A model generated the notes under the pieces. It was not told the origin of the DNA and searched no databases. It saw only the letters and a program-made list of their open reading frames with translations. Shown here in pieces: positions 22,350-36,778 of a DNA stretch of 64,000 bases; within the stretch, counting starts at the first letter, position 1; each line of letters starts with the position of its first letter. A program made the translations under genes and the position numbers. Source of the stretch: Marsupella aquatica (lineage: Eukaryota; Plantae; Marchantiophyta); contig OZ316898.1 in assembly GCA_973895155.1 (NCBI GenBank), positions 15,158,330 through 15,222,329 of the forward strand. The letters are read 5' to 3'.

Positions 22350-25300
22350 TTGGTGGCTCTCGTGCGGCGGCTGTGGTGCTGTGGCGGTATTGGGAGAGCT
22401 CAAGCTTCTGGAAACTGTTGCGGGAACTGGATGGCTCGAGTTGCAGGAGAAGCTAGAGTTGGAGGAGAAACTGAAGCCTGGCAAAGAGAATGGACCCTGG
22501 TGTTCAAGCACGGAGGATATCAGAAAAGGTTGCGAATCAAGGGGGTTTTCGCAGGTCACGATACGAAGGCCGGGATGAAGGCAAGGATTACGGAAGAACT
22601 GCGGAGGCTCAATGCAGACGACGGTAAGAAGGATGTTGTGAATTTGCAGAGCTATCTTGTACCAGAAACCCGGCCTCCCGATTCCGTGAGCAAGACTGGC
22701 GTTGAGTTCAATAATTACGACAGTAGCGACCTTAGCGGGAGGAGCACTGACACTCGTGGCCCCCGTCGGGGCCCTCCAATTTCTTCAAGTCCTCCTGCCG
22801 CCGCAGCTGATCTTCTGACTCGTGGACAAGGACGACAGATAGACAGCGAGCGGGTTGGAAGACTGGACGTTGTTATCTCCAGGGAATTGGAAGACTTCCC
22901 GGGCAGCTCTCGACAGACAACCAGCAAACGGCGGAAGGTTACCGCTGCTGCTGAAAAGCAGCTGTTACCTCTTTTGAGCACCAAAGTCCCCGTTCGAAGA
23001 CTTCTGCCTTCAGCTGCCCCTGCTGCCGGACCACTTTCAGTACAAGCATTTGCTATTTCTTCTCACATGGACTCAGAAGGTTCAGAGTCGTCTTTGGACG
23101 ACTTCCCCGTATATCGACATGAGGTCGACAATTTTGTCGTCTTCGACTTTGCGAGCTTCCAGCTCGTCTCTGTGACAGAGCTTCCGGTTTATATTGATGG
23201 AGTGCTGGTTGGGGGTGCCGGCTCGCTCGGGAAAGTTATCCTCTTGGGGACCGTTGGCCGTAAGAAGTTTAAGGAGATGGTGGAAATGTGGAGTTTGGTT
23301 CTTGATCCTGCTCACAGGCCGCAGTATCTCCTGAAGACAAAGAAAGGCGAATGGTGAGTGTCATTGTTTGTCCTTCTTCAGCTTGTACAGAACACGAATG
23401 TAGGAGTGGTCAATGACTTGCCATGTCTTTTTCACGGGATGGGTGACGTCAGATTGTAAACGGTGGGACCTTGTGGAACTTTTCGCAATCCTTAAGTGAA
23501 GAAACCACAGTTTACTAAAGTTTCTCAAAATGAAAATTCTTGTTGAGTGCGAAACAGACTGAAAACTGTCTCTTGTTTTTTATGATTCCTTACAGGGTTA
23601 GGCTTCTGAATGCGATGGGCGAGTACAGAATTTTAATGAGCGATGTTCATGCGCTCGGACATTTTCTAAACTTTGTGAAGAAGCTTCCGAATGCATCGCC
23701 GAGGGCGGCCGAGCAGGACTTGCGGAAGATGTGCAGGTGCTATTTTCAGTCGTTCACTTGAGGTTTATGGTTTCTGGAGGATATTTGTTATGTACATTTA
23801 TCAGCGGGTATCTTTTTCCAGAATTTCGAGAGTGTAGCAGAGTGTCCTTTTTCCTTATATGAAGCTCAATTGTATGGTTTTCTCACGTATTTTGCTTGTT
23901 CTCAATCTGGCAGTATGAATAACTCCAAACCTCAGCTGGATAGGCTTTCGGGATACATTAAAGTCATCAGAAGTTTTATCGAAGAAGATACAGTGTTTGC
24001 GAGAGCTTCAGTAAAGTATCAAAACCTCATACCGAAATCTGTGGAGTTGGAATTGTCCTGATTTCGGCGGGCCGTCTTGTCACTGTCCTTCTCTCTAGCT
24101 GTGCTTGCGTTGTATGAGCTCGCTCGTTCACGTTCTGAGTTTGTTGTTGTTCTTCTTTTGGTGATATGAATGGCGCGTCTAACCCATTTTTAATTTACTT
24201 GTTTTGGCTGTTTTTCGACAGATTTTGCGGGAGATTTTTCCGAATCTGTTTTCCAAGAAGTCTCCGCGGACGGACCAAGAATTTGATTGGGAGGATAAGC
24301 GAGATTCAGCAGGTGTGAAACGGAAAGCTGGAAGACTGCCATTGAAGTCTGAAGGAACCGAGAGGAAGGAGAAGCGTTATAAGGTCATGGCAAAGAAGAA
24401 TGTTCAAACGCCAAAGCTGTTGAAGACTTCAACACCTGAGCTACAGTCTGAATATGACTCTGACTACGAGCTGCACAAACGGAGAACTTCGAGGGTTGTC
24501 AACCGTGAGGCAATTGATGGTGACCGTTTGCGATTGCAGTGGGATGATAGTTCGGGGACTGACTATGAGCCTGAAAGTGATCTCAGGAGGGGGGATGCAC
24601 AAAGGAAGACTTTTACTTCAGCCGAAGTGAACGTAGAAGACCCTCCAATCTGCATCATATGTGATGACGGTGGCGATCTGATTTAGTACGTATATCTGTC
24701 GTCCATGGGATAACCTTGTTTTGAGCATTTCTACTACACTAGGAAGTTATTTTCACGAGCAAGGAGGCCCCTTGCGGAGTCTGTCTGTCTGGATGATGTT
24801 GTTGTTCTTGCCTTCTCCTGATTTCTCCTGGCGACTCTGTACCGTCCAGCTTATTGTTGTTCTTCAAGTTCCTATGCATATCGCTACGAGCAGTGTAGAA
24901 CGATGTGTTTTTCTCTTTTGCGCATTGTGTTGAAGCAGCTCATCTCGGCAACGTTCTACAGATGATACGAATTGTATCAACTTTGGAGGAAATACGATAG
25001 AAGAAGCTCTTGATAAGTTTTTGAGGGTTGTGGTTGTGTTCACAATCTCATTCATGAGGAGTGTAGTTAAGGCTGACAAGGGCCTCTAGTCTAGCTGTAG
25101 CCCTCAAAATTGTTCACAGGCGCGCGCTAATTCCTTATGATGGATACACATTAATGTAACTGAACTAATGATACACTAGACCCCGCCAACAATCCTGGAA
25201 GTTGATAGGTAAGGATATACACTGGGCCTGTGGATTAGTTTTCCTTGGGAAATACATGTGGATGACGAACCTGTGTGGGTTAGGGTCTGGCTCTGGACTC

Positions 25301-27480
25301 TCCAGAGAATGCATGTGCTCTAGGATCTGTTTCAGAGCCAAGAATTCAGATAAAGTACGGATTTGTTGCTCCCACTTTCCATTTCAGAACCAAACTTTGA
25401 TTTAATTACCATGTCCAAGATGCAGAAAGGACCAGCAACGGGTGTTGGGCGATCAGAGCAAATTTTAATCAAGAGGAGATTAGGGTAGAGAAGTTTGGCC
25501 TTAGTAAAGTAGAAGCTCAGGATTGCTAACGAATCCGTGCCTTAACTGTTCACCTTCATCTTTTCTACCTTCCTGCTGCTTGCGTCTGCTCTGCTTATGC
25601 TTCACGTGTGATTCATGAATCAATGCTACCCACTTGACTCTTTCCTCATCTTGTCATCCTCCTGCTACTGCCTTTCTCAAGAAAGTTTTTCCAAAACTTT
25701 AATGCTGCCCACTCTGTCTATTTAGGCCGCTGGTGCTGCCAATGGTGTGTGTCTGATTGGGTGAACGGAGTGACAAGACGTGGGGATCGGGAAATATGAT
25801 GACATACGAATAAATTATTTTTTTCCTTCAAGATGAGATGAGATGACAACAGGGAAGGTAGTGCGGTGTTTGCCCAGGAACAATTCAATTGAACACTACG
25901 GCATTCTGAGAGTCGCAGGTGATGAGAGAACGATGTTTATATTAGGGGGAGTAAATTGCAATGATTTGATTACGGAATCTCATGTGTTTCATGCCACTGA
26001 TTGCACTCTCTTGCAGTTGTGACGGCCCGTGTCATCGACACTTCCATGCCACCAGGCGATCAGGCGTGGATTCCTTCTGCAAAACTCTGGGGATGACAAA
26101 AGCTGAAGTGAAGGTCTGTTTCTCGCCATCTTAGTTAGTTCTGTCTTTAGCACTTGGAGGAGCCTGCGTTATTCTGCCCAGGACACTCAATTTTCGTTCA
26201 TTTCATGGTCTGATCTGTGCCTCACGTCCTAGGATGTCGTTTTGCAGGCTATCGACAAGTATTTCTGTCAAAATTGCAAGCACAACCAGCAGCAGTGCTT
26301 TATTTGCGGTGAGCTTGGATCGTCTGTTGCCACATCGGACGGCCCCCAAGAGGTAATGATAACAGTTTCAGCAATCCGTTGGGCTGAACGATTTGGTAGA
26401 TACAGGTTCACGTATACCATCACTACATTGTAGAGGAGCCATAGTAAAAGCTATAACATATATCTAATTTGCTCTTAATGAGGGATATCAATACATCGAA
26501 CCATAAAATAAAGGAACAAATTTTGGTGCTTGTAATCCGATTTCAAATGCGACCCTACTTGTTGGGGATTTCACGTTCTTTTGAAGGTTGTGTTGCCTTT
26601 CAGCTCCAATTTCTAGGGCATTGACACATGTATGTACAGGTGCGGTGCTGTGACGTTCCTTTCTGCAACAGGTTCTTCCACACTGAGTGCGTAGCTGAGC
26701 TGTTATGTGGCTCCAGTCAAGACTGGAGAGACTTTGCAGATGCTATTAACGACGGTGATACAAAACTGCTTTGCCCTCGGCATTGTTGTTGCGTTTGTGG
26801 AACGGCAGACACGGGGGAGCCGGGAATGTTTGTGCAGTGTAGACGTTGCCCAAAGGCCTGGCACCGAGATTGCCTCAAAGAGTACGTCAACCCTTCTTCA
26901 TCGGACTTTTCTTGATAGCTCACTTGCTGGGATGTGCTGATCTCCATTTTGATGTCTGTAAAATTGTCTCTTCGTGCAGCTTCTCTCGGTCTATGCAGAG
27001 GCCCTCTGTACGCATATGGAGCCAACACGGAAGAGATTTCATTTATTGCAGGTGTGTTTCTCAACCAACTGCATTCCAGTTCCACTTCTTGTACGCTCAT
27101 GTAACTTCTTGTCTTCCTTCCATAGTAACTGATGAATCTCTTTTAACCGCAGGGATCACAAGATTCTTCCGAAGACACAAACTCCTGCTCGGGATCATCT
27201 TAGATTTCCAGGAGTGGCATGGTGAGCGAAGCAGGACTCTGTATTAAGCAGTATTCTTGAGAGGAGTGTCTTTCGAAGTTGACATAGGGCGGCTTCGGAC
27301 ATTTGATAGACATACACTTTCACCGAGTGCACTTATGGACATCTCAGCTTCAGCTGGACCTTGAAGCTATGCATAATTTCGCTGAGATCGTCTTTTAGGG
27401 TTTACAGAAGAAGCTCAGCATGGAAAAGGTGGACCACAAATTCTTCAAAGCTGTTTAATACAGGTAGAAGGGGGAGTAAT
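22350..27480 (+). CDS. EDM2-like chromatin protein: RFTS(DNMT1-RFD)-like domain plus three atypical PHD fingers; multi-exon, ends approximate
   Basis: Exon peptides: VDNFVVFD..LVSVTELP...VEMWSLVL..PQYLLKTKKGEW|VRLL; CIICDDGGDLI|YCDGPCHRHFH (intron 24686-26016); FCQNCKHNQQQCFICGELGSS; CNRFFHTECVAELL; CPRHCCCVC; QCRRCPKAWHRDCL. This is the EDM2 PHD signature. Confidence 0.85.
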
Positions 27481-27689
27481 TGCTTAGCTAATTTGGGAAT
27501 TTGTTTGCTTGTCAAAGACAGGGTAATTCTGTACATTGGATTTCTGATGCTGCTCTATGTCAACTTCAAATGCTGCTCCCACCTAAACTAAATTAGATGC
27601 AGCCTAACTGGCAACCATTAACTCATAGACCAGAAGAGCAGAAATGGGAGCCTTCGGTACAAGTTGAGCATTCAAGTCACTTTCAATTT

Positions 27690-27800
27690 AGGCACGAACC
27701 TTACGCTCCTGCATTTTGCGAGTTGTCTCAGCTGCAGATTGTTTTAGGGACCACTTAGCACCATCTGCTCTTTTCTGTTCACGATTTTGAAGCAAGACAC
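27690..27800 (-). pseudogene. Degenerate duplicate of a BRF1 C-terminal exon
   Basis: NREQKRADGAKWSLKQSAAETTRKMQERK versus the BRF1 exon at 29991-30078 (DRKQKRADDAKRPPAQSAAEATRQMLESK). Intron flanks are also similar. Confidence 0.75.
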
Positions 27801-28246
27801 ATTCATTTCGTATTGGAATGATTCTGAAGACAGGATCTTGCAGATCATGGATGTGTCTGGCTTGGCTCTGTATTCCATTGAAGGAAATTGCATCCAGTGA
27901 GCAAAGCTTTGTCAAAGTAATGATTGCATGTGTGATGCAAGAAAGGTAAGTGGTTCCGCATCACACTAAACTGGTCGAACGGAATATAAAGATCTTGTAG
28001 GCCACGATCAGTACCGTTCCCTGGCGCGTCTATAATTTCAGCCTGCGCTACCTTCGTGTTTCAGTTTGGTTCATTACTTTCGAATGCGAAGGCCCAACAA
28101 TCCATAAGCGAATTGGTGACTTCAGGTCATTACGCTCTGCCAAGTGCTGCAACTCAACATCCACATGCTGTTGCCGATGATTGCTATCGCTTTGAATTTG
28201 AAAGCCCTGAAGTTACATGTGCCTATCATAAGGAATACTGAGTTTT

Positions 28247-28360
28247 CACACTCCACGTTCGGTATGGATGACCCTTGTGCACGGAACTTCAATCTTCCAG
28301 ATTCACACTCCACGTTCGGTACGAATGACCCTTGTTCACGGAACTACAATCTTCCAGATT
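28247..28360. repeat. 57-bp tandem duplication
   Basis: cacactccacgttcggta..gacccttgt..cggaac..caatcttccagatt at 28247 and 28304. Confidence 0.85.
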
Positions 28361-29118
28361 TCACTCTTAAGGATAGTAGGCACGCAAATGTTCATGATCG
28401 CACCGATCTATTAAATGCCTGTAACAAGCCCTCATTAATACCGATGGTTGCGAGGGAGGTCCTCTGTGGACTCGAGAAGGTGAGTAAATTCAAGGAAGGT
28501 GGAATTTTTAGATCTACAAAAGATGACAAAAGATTCACCGATCTGAGACCTACTCTCCGTTAATTTTAGCCTGCTTGTGTATAGAGTGAGGAGATCACTT
28601 GCTGAGTATTACGTAGTATAGAGGATAATTGTGCCTCGGTACAAATCATATTGAGACGTTTCTTTTTAGATTATGTTTTTTTCAAAGTGGGAACATATGC
28701 CAGAGGCCGCAAGTAAGTACCATGGCATACACCGGCCTCGCAGAATGATTTCAATTGTAATGTCATGGACTAAATTTCAGTAACAAGTCGTAAAGTGGTG
28801 TTTATTAATTTTGGTTTCAATTACAGGTTAACACATAATAATGGACTGAAGTACAAAAATTGCTAGCAAGTCATGATTGGCCTCTACCAGACTCGCGAAG
28901 AGTCTAGGTTGCTTTGTATCAACCTGTATCAGTGAATTTACGGAATTATATACACTCTGTCACTCTAGAAGACATGACTGGTCTACACAATCTATCCCGG
29001 CCTTTGAACAGGCTCCTACAAGGCTATAAGAATGTTATGTTATAAAATGATTTTCGCCAGGAAGAACTTACAACCTAAATCCACGAGACAATACCTGCTA
29101 CGTCGACCAAGCTGGTTC

Positions 29119-32100
29119 CTAGTATTCATCATAATAGTCATCAGGTTCTTCATAGTCATATGGTAATCCCTCAACATCAACCTCACCAAATTCAGCCATG
29201 CCATCGTCGTCTTCATCTACATCAACCTCATCCTCATTCATATCTACAGCACCTACAGAGCCGTCCTTAGAGTCAACCTCTCTCGTTAGAGACCTTCTGG
29301 CGCTGATTTGCGTAATTCCAGAATCTCCTTGGCTGCCATCCGTTTGGCTGCCAAACCGTGTTCTCTTGCTACTCATATTTAGTGCCTCACTGTCAGCATC
29401 TTCGTCTTCTGTCAGCTTAACTGTAGTCCCATGACTTTGAGATTCCTGCCAACCCAAGAAAGGAGTAACCACGATCTGATCTATAATATTTCAAAAATAA
29501 AGTTGGTAGTCACTTTGATATGGAAAAACAAAGAGCGTGTGACCTTATCCCCCTCCCCCCACCCCTAGCGCAAGAATCCAGCCCAAAGTGAAAAATCATA
29601 AAAGAATTTAGTCGGAACACTCCTCGAACCTAAAGTACTTCGGTTTTTAGGCCTGTTGTTGAGAAATGAATCTACTCAATTCAACTGGACAATAAATGTT
29701 GAGTCTCTTACATCTGTATCAAACAGTTTTGCAAGTACTGTGTAGTCCACCTTTGTGCTCAGCTTCTGCACACAAAGGAAAAGATGACTCAGCCGAAATA
29801 TGCACAGGTCCTAGTACAAATAGGGCCAAGACGTCCAGAAGTGGACTAAGTCACAGTCAGGTGCCTACACGATGAGTAAATGCATCAGTTAATTTCTGCA
29901 TAATTATTAATGACCACGTTATCGACACCTTACCAAAGCTACATGCAACCTACCTGCGTCAAAGTCATTTAAAAATTATATCAACACGAACCTTGCTCTC
30001 CAGCATTTGGCGAGTTGCCTCAGCTGCAGACTGTGCCGGGGGCCTCTTAGCATCATCTGCTCTTTTCTGTTTTCGATCCTGAAACAAGATACCCAATCCC
30101 CACAGGTACATCGTCAGAACCAAACAGTTATGTTACTGACAATTCACATCAGAAATCTCCTTTGGAAGAAACGTGACATCTTGAAGAGGATATACAGACA
30201 TAAAAGTGACACCTTGCCCATAACAATAATCTTCGAAACAGTTCTATGACAAGGGAAGCGGCCTGTCTACTTCTGTGCTACTATTTGACCCGGCAGGAGT
30301 TGATGACCTTCTTCATTTGCGCAACTGCAGCGGCGGCAGCAGCTACAAGCTCCGCCGCACTGGCTGAATTAGATGCTGCTGCTGCAACAGCAGCTGCTCG
30401 TGCCTGCTCCATGGCAGCAAGAGCAGCTTGTTTGGCCTCTTGTTCCTATAATGTCAATCACATTGACAGTTTGAGGTGCTGAACATCAATTTGTGGGCCC
30501 AATTACAAAACATTCTCAGTTGAGCACAGGTACCCAACTTGTTCACTGAGCAACATATTAGCACGAGGAAATATCAGAAGTGAATAACCCCTCAGTTAAA
30601 GTACCAGATTAGTCTGCATTGTGCAAATATGAGTACATATTCAACCTCTGCCTCCTGAAGAAATAGCCAGCACTTCAGGACGATGCAACGTATTCAGAGA
30701 TTCTACACGATACTTCACCACTTAACAAACTGACTTAATGAAATGTTCACAAACCTGAATATATTCTTTATTCATTTCCGTCCATATGATAGTCTTGAGT
30801 CGAACTTCCTCGTCATTGTTCATGTAACCTATCAGCTGCACATTCCAGACCACTTTCAAAACGACCATCGCCAATGATCGTTGTGGTGAAAATTCCTGAG
30901 CTTGTAATGAAAGTTCTTCAATTTGGATCTGAGATTTGAGGTCGTGGAAACTTAAAATCGAGAAAATAACAATCAATAGAGGAGCAGGAATAGACCTCAC
31001 TGTCGTCAATGTCAGACAGACTATCGTCGTCGAGTATGGTATCAGTTCTGTGAACGCTAAGTTTGAGTTCCCCGTTGTCATTTGATCCAGTTTTACCAGC
31101 TGGTGGATCCAAAAGTTGTGGAGACAGATTTTTGGTATTTGCAACATCTGAACTTACTAATTCTGGAGGTCCTTCAAACAAATCTTCCTTCCGATTCATA
31201 CTACCATCAGTAGCTCCCTGACTTTGAACAATTGACTTGTGTACATCTCCATCCCCTAATTTCTCCTTGATACCACTATCGTTAACTAGTGCTTCTGGTC
31301 CAGTTTTGGTACTTTGGGCAAGTTCACCCGCATTTCTGCTTTGATCATCTTTCCTCACACCTCTACCTCTTACCGTTCTACCAATGCGAAGCAATGGCTC
31401 TAAATCATCTATTTCGGCCTCCTCATTGGAGACTTGACCTCTCATCATCCTCCCTCTTCCCCTTCCTCTTCCGCTTGCTCGTTCTCTTCCTCGACCATGA
31501 CAAGTTGGGGGTAAATCGGCTGTATGGCTAACCTTGACGGAAACCAAGTCCCCTGCCTTTCCAGATAAAAGCGCTCCTTTCTTTCGCTCTTTGAGACTCT
31601 TGATTGGTGCACCTTCCTCATCTTCGTCATCAGAGTTCAGGCCTTGACTTTTTAATTGATCTCTTATAGCTTGCATTCGTTGCAACTCTGCCCGCTGAAA
31701 GGCAGGAGGTGCAGATCCGCCCTGGATGCCTCCTGAAACTCTCACAAACTATCAAACAAATTACCCCAGTTATTTACAGAAATATCTTCACCCCATGAAA
31801 CGAAACAGGTAGGCCACCCCATCTGTATTCAACTAGATATCTGCTGGAACACAACGTTTGACTGTGCACATTATGTACGATAGCCGCAACGAAAACCACA
31901 ATTCTCTACACATGCAGGAAGAATTTCAACGTAACACACCATGACATGACTACTCCGACCAGTTCTAACTAGTAAAAATACAGCAATCCCACAATGAAGG
32001 ACCAACAGAAACGAAATAGACAGCATCATGACAAAACTCACCTCCTCATAACAAGGTCGACAAAGTCCATGTGAAAAATGAGCAGTTCCTGTGTCCTTGT

Positions 32101-35100
32101 GTTCACAAGTAATCTCTGTGATTGCTGCGCTTCCTTTGCTTGAAGCAAGGTGCACTGCAGCCTTGATTTGTGCTTCCATCTCTTGTCCTTTGAGCTCAAA
32201 CTCCTCAGCCTGCGGCACCAACAAGTTTGATGAGACAGAACTCGAGCACCTGATGTACATCAAACTCCATGATTGGGTCACTCACATATGGACCAAGAGT
32301 CATGAAACATTTTACTCGAAAGGTTACGAAGACATAAATAGAGCTAAAAGATTCAAACAAATGCGTTTTGGCTATCAGGAACTGAAGAAAACAACTGTGA
32401 ATTGTGCTGATATGCCTAGGATATGGCAGATTACTTACAGTCAAACTACCAGATTCAGTACACTCAAATTCAACCAGTCGTCTTTTCAGAGTGCCCTCAC
32501 ATATGTGTACGACACTTACCTGGCCAAACCGACGAGGAAATGATAAGTAGCATGCAAAAAGTCCGCACAATCTTTGCTACAAGAGACAAACTATGAAAGG
32601 CTGCATCCTTAATGTCCTGTACGTGCGGAAGAATGACATATTGGCACACTTACCACATCGCCTTTAGATCTTTCAAACCCGTGCATATGTGCTGAAATGA
32701 AAAGTGCAGCTCCGCAGATTCCACTGGGTCGTCTTCCTGTCTGCACTAAATTAATTATGTTGACTGAAGCTGGATGCAAATTTGACTCCGTGCGAAAGGT
32801 GGACGGTACGATTTGATCAAACAGCCCATGGAGAGAAATTGAAGCATAGTCAACATACCTGCATCCAGTCACGTTTCATACTAGCCACTAAGCGCAATGC
32901 AGTGTTAGAAACTGCATGCATCTTCTTCCCAAATCGTAGACCTGCAAGACGATCAAAATCAGAGATATAATTTCCACTTCGGTCAACTTTTGTACATAAA
33001 ACTCAAGCAAAGTACATGACAGGGAAATTATGGGGGACCTACATCATCAGATCGTTATTTCTTAGCAAGAGTCTTACGATCAGCGAATCGATGAATAAAG
33101 AGGCTTGGATCCACTGGCTTCTGCATGAATGGTTGTTCTTCCAACCGCAATAAGTTGCACAATTGTAAGAAGACTGCACCCAATACATATCTGGATCGCA
33201 CAAGCACAAGCTGTCATGAAAGGCCTGACTAGAAGGAATAGAAAAATGCACACGTCTCGAGCTTCGACAGACAACAAACAATCTATTTTTGCACAGAATG
33301 AATGCATAGAGGTAGTGCACCCGCTTGGGTTTCACTCCCTGTCAAGGTTTCCTTCAAAAGAGGAGAGCATACACATTGGTCTGCAAGCAGTCGGAGAAGT
33401 CTATAAGCATGTAGGGTTTATTGTTTTGCCTGCCAGACAACCAGATACCAAAAACCTGTAAGACATGAAAATGGAGGCCTCAAAACAAATCTCAAACATA
33501 TGTATTATCACAAGCACTATTGCATATGAGCCTTTTTATGGTTTAGGGTTTACTAGACGCCTAACAGTAGGATTAATGTTCTTTTGACGCAGTGGAACAG
33601 GGGTCGACAGAATAGTGCAGTCTCTCCAGTAATAAAAAACAGCCGCTTCATTATGGATTGGAAGAAAAAATTTGAGGCCACGGTAATACACGTTATTGGA
33701 CAATAAGGAGATATTTCGGTGGCTCAAGCTCGTAATATAAAATCAATGCGTTGGATGGTTTACTCATATCTTAAGCTGAACCAACACATATTCCAGTAGA
33801 GTCAACAATAATTAAAGAAAACAAGTCAACATTAGAGTTAAGCAGGGATTTAGTCCATCTTTGTGGAGCAGGTATTCAAGGACATCCCACTTCAACAACA
33901 ATGGAAGTGCAGGTAGGAGGAACCAGGTCATTTGACGGTTAACTGAACGACCAGGTCGAATAAAAATTGAAAGCAAACCAAGTCCACTTCCATCCATCAA
34001 TAACACCTGCAATGCATGTGTGCCACAGTAGTACACGACATTGTGCCTTTCTAGGAGATCAAGAGTCAGACTCTACCACACTCACAACATTCAAGAAACA
34101 GGAAAGAAGAAGTGAGTTACCGGCATACAATGTAAATGCATGAAGCAGCAACTTGCTGTGTGCGTCGCCCTCTTGTGAAATTGCGCTCCAAAGCAATCTT
34201 TGCCCATTTGAGAAACATTAATATATCAGTTGACGCGGCCCTTGGGTCACTAGTCTGAAGTTTGCATTTCCTCAAGATGTGAAAAACTTTCGCACTCGAA
34301 AGTCGACAACGAGATCCGTAGAGAGGAGGAATGATTGTATTCCGAAGAACTAGAAAGTCAACAAACAAACCATGAATAAAACATGGGGATGACCGTACTG
34401 CAAGAATAAACTACTGTCATGAAAACCTACAGTATAAAAGCGGTGGGCTTGTGTTGCGATATCATCACGAGGGCGAACTGATAATCGCTCAAGTATCTCC
34501 ACAATCTCGTGCTTTCCTGGAGGTACACAAACAGTACATCGTAAGAAATCTCTATCGCCCAGAATTCATACATTTTCTACCCGGTATTGATCCTGAACAT
34601 TTCCTTGCAATGTAAGTGCACTGAATTCCAAAGCCGTTAATGGACATTAGTTTTCCATTAGCTGACATGTACACAATACAACATAATACTTTACAACTTC
34701 CTTCGCCTCACACGAACAAGAACCAAGTCAACCCGAGAGGAAATGCATGACAGGACGTTTTCAGAAATTGACATTGACGAAATTAGTATTGCTCGACCAT
34801 GTTACAGGCTGGGTGGCGGAGACCTTTGGCAAGGGTTTTCTCATGTGAATCTGACTGGTATCCCAAAATCCGGCCAGCTCCAGCTCCTAGTCGTCCAAAA
34901 CTGCTCTGCCCATCTTTCACAAAGTTTCCTTCCACTTGACTCTGTGACGAGCGAGAGAATCCAACCAACACTGGTAGATGGTTAAACTCAACACATGCAC
35001 TCTCCAATGGGGTCTGGGCAACATATTCCATATTTCATAAAGGTCCTATGATATCCGCATTTGAATGAAAAAAAAATGTGGGCACAGTATCTACGTGACA

Positions 35101-35612
35101 AGACTACGACGACAAAACCGAGTTCGAGTTGAAAGATGCAATATGTTCTGTGTGCTTCGAACCAGACAATTATTCTAGGATTTGCGCCTTAGTTCTTTGT
35201 TTCTCAATTCACCGACAAAATGTCTTAGCATATGCTTTGTACACTGATCATGTCCAAGATATAATCAGTTCTGCAACCTCCCGTGGGATGCATTACAACC
35301 TCAGCTAGACTTGCTTAAGAAAATCATACAGAAAACAATAGAGACGCAGGTTTCGTCGACTACCTGACCGCCGGCAGTTTTAGTAAAAGTGGGATCGCTC
35401 CCATAAACGTTGTCATCGAGTACTCGTCCACAACCAGTGCAGCAACTGCACGATTGCACCCGAACGACAGACGACAAGTGTTGTTATAACGGAAGACATA
35501 CTCCAAAAGAATGCGATGCAAGGTAATTCAAACAAAGTACGACTCACGTGAATCCATTGATATCATCGCGCTCGGCTTGCTGGTCCTTCGCGCAATAGCT
35601 GCACCACACCAT
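29119..35612 (-). CDS. BRF1: TFIIIB subunit BRF1 (TFIIB-related factor), ~17 exons
   Basis: ATG at 35612. MVWCSYC..CCTGCGRVLDDN Zn ribbon; IALERNFTRGRRTQQVAASCIYIVC; YVLGAVFLQLC..VDPSLFIHRF; RLVASMKRDWMQ|TGRRPSGICGAALFISA; LSDIDDSE; LKTIIWTEMNKEY; SAAEATRQML; acidic tail with TAG at 29119. Confidence 0.95.
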
Positions 35613-36778
35613 TGTGTCTCTTGCGGGTGGAAAGGCGCCCAGGGTAAAGTGACCACCATGAAATGGATTGAAAATGCCAGATTAAACGACGTATAATGGC
35701 AACTGTGACGAATTAGCAGGACCCCGAAACACGCTGGCACTAAAACTTGCAGCGCACGCTTCTCCGCAACCTTAAGACCTTCCACTTCGTTCTTAAAACG
35801 CTCGTAAGTCTCCAGCTGCGACGTGAGAGTAGATATTGTCCACGCAAAGTCCTTCTGCACAGCTGATTCTAATCTACAAGTTTGAGTGCAAAGCTCTTGT
35901 GACGAGACGCTCCTGAAAGGGATCTATTGTCACAAAATTCCATGAAGTACTCGACAATGTTGAGCTGGTGCGCATCTACACCTGGATTCCCGTCGATGAA
36001 CAACAGTCAGGAATTCAGCTCCGATCAGGAGGTTTAAGAGCAACCCCCGAGATGTTTTGAAACAGCAGCAGTCGGTAAACTATTTTCATAATTGTTGAAT
36101 GTCAGAGAACTAATTTATACAAGGTGCGAAACAATCCGGCGCGTCCCGAGTTTTAACACAAGTGAAGAATTCATCCATCTTTCAGTTTTCAAAGATTTCC
36201 CGTCCTCTTATAAACCTCCTACTCTAGAAATCCAACCCTAATCATCGAAAGATCTCACGTGTATTATTATAGAAACCTTGAAATTGTGCGTCACTACGTG
36301 TGTTTCCTAGGTCCTTGGAGATGTCATCAGTCAGCGCATGCTTCAGCCTACGACCCTCTGCTCCTTGGTCCGGCCCTTTGTCAGTATTTCGGGACCCCGG
36401 CTATCCTCCCTGGCACATTTATGGCGAGCGTATCGACGATAGTGATGCTGTGGGCCAAAGTTTCTAGAAATCCTGACCGTCATCCGACTAAGGACCCGCG
36501 GAGTCGAGTTCGGCTCAATTGGAGGGGGTCCTTAACCAATTTCACTGAGGATTTCGGTCTCTACAGTGGTCCCATCCTTGAACACTCCCGGTGTGCACTT
36601 AATACCGGTATCCACGTAAGTGCAAAACACGTATTTATCGACCCCTGCCATCACAATAAGTCAAGCTCATTAATTTAAATACCAAATTGTTGTAGCTCAT
36701 CAACAACTAACTCCTTTATTCATTCCTCTTCCAATACATATAGTCCCTTAGGCAGGTAGGGTAGTTAGGCGGTTAGTC

